64,000 bases of DNA from Verrucomicrobiales bacterium (lineage in GTDB: Bacteria; Verrucomicrobiota; Verrucomicrobiia; Limisphaerales; J093): assembly GCA_037439785.1 (NCBI GenBank), contig JBBIVJ010000025.1, positions 5,935-69,934 of the forward strand. Reading direction: 5' to 3'. The position numbers and the translations under genes are program-made. The notes under the pieces were generated by a model. That model did not search any database. It saw only the letters and a program-made list of their open reading frames with translations, and was not told the DNA's origin. Below are positions 61,535-64,000 of the stretch, piece by piece; position 1 is the first letter of the stretch, and every line of letters starts with the position of its first letter.

Positions 61535-64000
61535 TCACCGCGGCACCGCCAGCAGCATCGCATCGAGCAGGCGCTTTTCCTCGCTGCCCTTCAGGTACAG
61601 GGCCGAGAGCGCGTTGGCGAGCCGCAGAAAGTCCGGCCCGCGCTCCTGCTCGGCCCTGAGCAGCGCACGCAGCGCGTGGGTGCGGCCCGCCGACTGCAGG
61701 AGCATCGCGGCGTGCACGCGGTCCAGCGTCGTCGCCTCGCGCGCCGCGGAAAGGCCCGGCTCAGAAGCGGTACCCGGGCCGGCCGCGCGCCCGGCCCGCC
61801 GGCCGCGAATCCGGGGGGGTTCCGCAGGCTGCTCATTCGGGAACAACGGCAACGGCGGCTGCGCGCCGTGCCGCGCCTCTTCCTCGAGGCGCGTGGCGAG
61901 GGCCCGGGCACCGGCGTCGCCGAAGAGCTGCTCCGCGCGCTCGGCGACCGGCAGCAGGCGCACGACGCCCTTTTCCGTCTCGATCACGCGGCCTTCCCAT
62001 TTCGGCAGCTCGATGCCGAGCGGCTGCGCGAAGCGGCGCACCACGTCGAAGGCCAGCGCACAGCACTTCGTCTTTGGCCGCGAAGTCCCCTCCTCCTCCT
62101 CGTCGGCGTCGTCGGTCGGCTCCCCCTCCACGCCCTCGTCGCTCGTACCCCCGGCGGTCTCGCCGTTCGTGCTCTGGAGCGCCCAAAGAAACAGCGCCGT
62201 CAGGCGCGCGTCCTCTTCCAGGGCACCTGCCACGCCGTTGCGCGCCCTGGCTTCGGCCGTTCCCAGGACGTTTTCCAGTGCGATGCGGCCCACGACCTCC
62301 CACACCCGCTCCAGGTACTCGGCGAGGGTGACCTCTCGCCCTTCGGCCGTTTCGACCGTGCGGTAGCGGCTGAAGATCTCGAGCGCCGGGCCGATGCAGG
62401 CGAAAACGAGGTCCGCGCCGCGCACGCCCTCGCCCTGGAGGCGCTCCATCCAGTCGCCCACGCGCCTCGGCAGCTCGCGCAGGACGTCGGCCCAGTCGCC
62501 CACCGGGGCGTCGTTGGGGCGGGGGCGGCAGATGAGGTGGACGCTGGTGGCGAGGGCAGCGGATTCACGTGCGCGCAGGCGCGAGTATCTCTCTGTCGCT
62601 ATCGGCCAAGAACCCGTAACGGTCCACCCTCCGCGAATCATGCCGGAAAGGAGCGCCTCCCAGCCTTCGGTGGTCTTGTGTGCGAAGACGACCGAACCGA
62701 CACCGTCCTCACGCAGCACCCGATGACCCTCAGCGAAAGCCTTGGCCATTGTTTCTTCAAACCAAGCGCGATCCTTCGGCTGTCCGTCGTCGTGCTTCGT
62801 CTCGTCTTGCACTGCCTCTTGCCGCTTCGGGGTGAGCGGATTCGCGGGATCGAACGGGTCGCGAAGCAGCGCGTGATTCGGAAGCAATCGCTTGAACCAC
62901 ACGAAAAAGAAATCCGACAAGTCTGAGTACGGAACTGCGTCGTAGTAAGGCGGGTCCGTGAACCACGCCGCCGCCGCTTGATCTGGGAGCGGATGATTGC
63001 GCGCATCAACCAGGTGCGAGGAGCCAGCCCCTGCGCCTGGGATGTAGGTGACTTCAGCGTTGCGGGCAACGTTGTCGACTGATTGGTCAACCGACGCGCT
63101 GGAATCACTCAGGACATTGCTTTCTGCGAAGTCCCAGGCCATCGGTACAGCGTTCCCCTTGAAGAGCTGGTTCGGACACTCAACTCCAAGACTCCAGTTC
63201 ACGAGGCTGTTGCAGCGGTCGGACAACTTCGTGCATACCATTGCCATCAGAGCTCGTGCCGCATCTGTGGCGGTGACACCCAAAGTGCGATGACAAAGGG
63301 AGACGAACGCCACCTTCTGCCGCGCCGTGAAGAGGTCGCCCCACTGGAGCATGCCGTACCGCTGCACGCTGAAGCCCAGTGTCCCGATCGGCGGCAGCGG
63401 CTCATCGGGCACCGGGCAGAGCCCCTGTTTCCCGCCGCCTGCCTGCGCCGCGTCCCGCGACGCGGCAGGCAGGCGCTCCCACTCCTCGATCAGCTTCGCG
63501 ACGCGCGCCTGCGCGTTGCGCACCGCCTCGTAGTCGCGCTCGGTCGGCAGCCGGTAGTGCCGGCCCGTCTCGCCGGGCCGGAGCGTCACCACCGCCAGCA
63601 TCCGCGCGCCGCCGGTGCGCCGGCCCTTCGCGCCTGCCTGCGCCGACCTGTCTGCGTGCGGACACGCACAGGCAGAGGCTTCGGCAGGCAGGTCGAAGAC
63701 CACGTCCGCGCCGCCGCGCTGCGCGGCGAGCTGCGCGCGCACGCGCTCGGGCGGCAGCACCGCGCCGCAGCAGAGGCACGTCGCCCGCGCCCGGCTGACG
63801 GTACCGGGCGGCACCTCGCGGTCGTTCGTCGGGGTAAAGATCTCAAAGCGGACGGAGCGGTCGGAGCGGTCGGGGAGCGGCCGCAGCGCCCGCTTGCGGT
63901 TCGGCTTCTTGCACAGCCAGAACGACCAGGCCAGCGGGATCTCCGCCCCGCAGTTCGGCGCCTCGCACCGCACCGTCCGCGCCCAGAGGTAGGCGATCGG
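61535..64000 (-). CDS. DUF1156-type DNA methyltransferase with Zn-ribbon (5' end outside the window)
   Basis: The frame is open to the window edge ('PIAYLWARTVRCEAPNCGAEIPL...ATCLCCGAVL' is the Zn-ribbon). The catalytic motif IV is 'WFTDPPYYDAVPYSDLSDFFFVW'. There is a long acidic C-terminal region. Confidence 0.8.
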   Translation of the reverse strand, partial: PIAYLWARTVRCEAPNCGAEIPLAWSFWLCKKPNRKRALRPLPDRSDRSVRFEIFTPTNDREVPPGTVSRARATCLCCGAVLPPERVRAQLAAQRGGADVVFDLPAEASACACPHADRSAQAGAKGRRTGGARMLAVVTLRPGETGRHYRLPTERDYEAVRNAQARVAKLIEEWERLPAASRDAAQAGGGKQGLCPVPDEPLPPIGTLGFSVQRYGMLQWGDLFTARQKVAFVSLCHRTLGVTATDAARALMAMVCTKLSDRCNSLVNWSLGVECPNQLFKGNAVPMAWDFAESNVLSDSSASVDQSVDNVARNAEVTYIPGAGAGSSHLVDARNHPLPDQAAAAWFTDPPYYDAVPYSDLSDFFFVWFKRLLPNHALLRDPFDPANPLTPKRQEAVQDETKHDDGQPKDRAWFEETMAKAFAEGHRVLREDGVGSVVFAHKTTEGWEALLSGMIRGGWTVTGSWPIATERYSRLRARESAALATSVHLICRPRPNDAPVGDWADVLRELPRRVGDWMERLQGEGVRGADLVFACIGPALEIFSRYRTVETAEGREVTLAEYLERVWEVVGRIALENVLGTAEARARNGVAGALEEDARLTALFLWALQSTNGETAGGTSDEGVEGEPTDDADEEEEGTSRPKTKCCALAFDVVRRFAQPLGIELPKWEGRVIETEKGVVRLLPVAERAEQLFGDAGARALATRLEEEARHGAQPPLPLFPNEQPAEPPRIRGRRAGRAAGPGTASEPGLSAAREATTLDRVHAAMLLQSAGRTHALRALLRAEQERGPDFLRLANALSALYLKGSEEKRLLDAMLLAVPR
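63436..63475. repeat. palindromic element inside the methyltransferase CDS
   Basis: GCCTGCCTGC(GC)CGCGTC-ccgc-GACGCGGCAGGCAGGC: a 16-bp stem with a 2-nt bulge. Confidence 0.75.
63632..63692. repeat. second, imperfect palindromic element with the same GCCTGCCTGC/GCAGGCAGG termini inside the methyltransferase CDS
   Basis: 'gcctgcctgcgccgacctgtctgcgtg cgga cacgcacaggcagaggcttcggcaggcagg'. The outer 9 bp and the inner 6+4 bp pair. Confidence 0.65.

Noticed and set aside
61065-61538. 157-aa minus-strand ORF spanning the methyltransferase-ATPase gap
   Set aside because: It overlaps the DUF499 start and crosses the terminator-like hairpin. Only about 25 residues (MLKKLTSRGFKSL...) look protein-like. 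I reported it as a possible gene stub instead.

Overview
High-GC (about 65-70% by eye) bacterial chromosomal segment. It is most consistent with a Verrucomicrobiota/PVC-type genome: two HX9DG prepilin-like paralogs, PEP-CTERM and VPxxG-CTERM tails, a giant lamin-tail/CotH secreted protein, and REP-like repeats that translate as 'VVQASGL...'. I saw no rRNA, tRNA or CRISPR array.

Layout:
- 53-5863: divergent GT2 glycosyltransferase, then a HydE-like radical SAM, a B12-binding radical SAM, and a ketosynthase plus inactive ketosynthase-like pair. This looks like an accessory lipid or polyketide-like cluster.
- 6407-9243: Tat-signal protein with a C-terminal FGE/SUMF1 domain, then a HAD hydrolase.
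- 9282-12063: core recR-ybaB-dnaX operon.
- 12183-19136: 2317-aa secreted protein with multiple lamin-tail domains and a CotH domain.
- 19335-28490: AGE-family epimerase, two membrane proteins, pgl, lpdA-sucB-sucA.
- 28.5-29.8 kb: low-GC intergenic region with a sigma-54-type promoter in front of a VPxxG-CTERM protein gene.
- 29.8-38.2 kb: hypothetical membrane protein, SGNH hydrolase, hybrid PAS histidine kinase, secA.
- 38349-46232: minus-strand operon of an EF-hand membrane protein, a divergent GalU-like nucleotidyltransferase, a 1112-aa GHMP-kinase/UDPGP-pyrophosphorylase fusion and an MFS transporter. An orphan radical SAM gene is transcribed divergently from it.
- 47.8-52.8 kb: hppA, a PEP-CTERM protein, hflX.
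- 53-55 kb: two HX9DG prepilin-like genes that share a 288-nt identical block.
- 55.1-58.3 kb: zone of repeats and decayed or frameshifted genes.
- 58297-64000: DUF499-type P-loop ATPase plus a DUF1156-type Zn-ribbon DNA methyltransferase that is cut off by the window end. This is a candidate, poorly characterised anti-phage module.

The candidates I rank highest for novelty are the DUF1156/DUF499 module and its scars, the sugar-activation/EF-hand operon, and the rSAM/B12-rSAM/KS cluster.

Limits: all functional calls come from motif recognition by eye, with no searches run. Start codons are best guesses.
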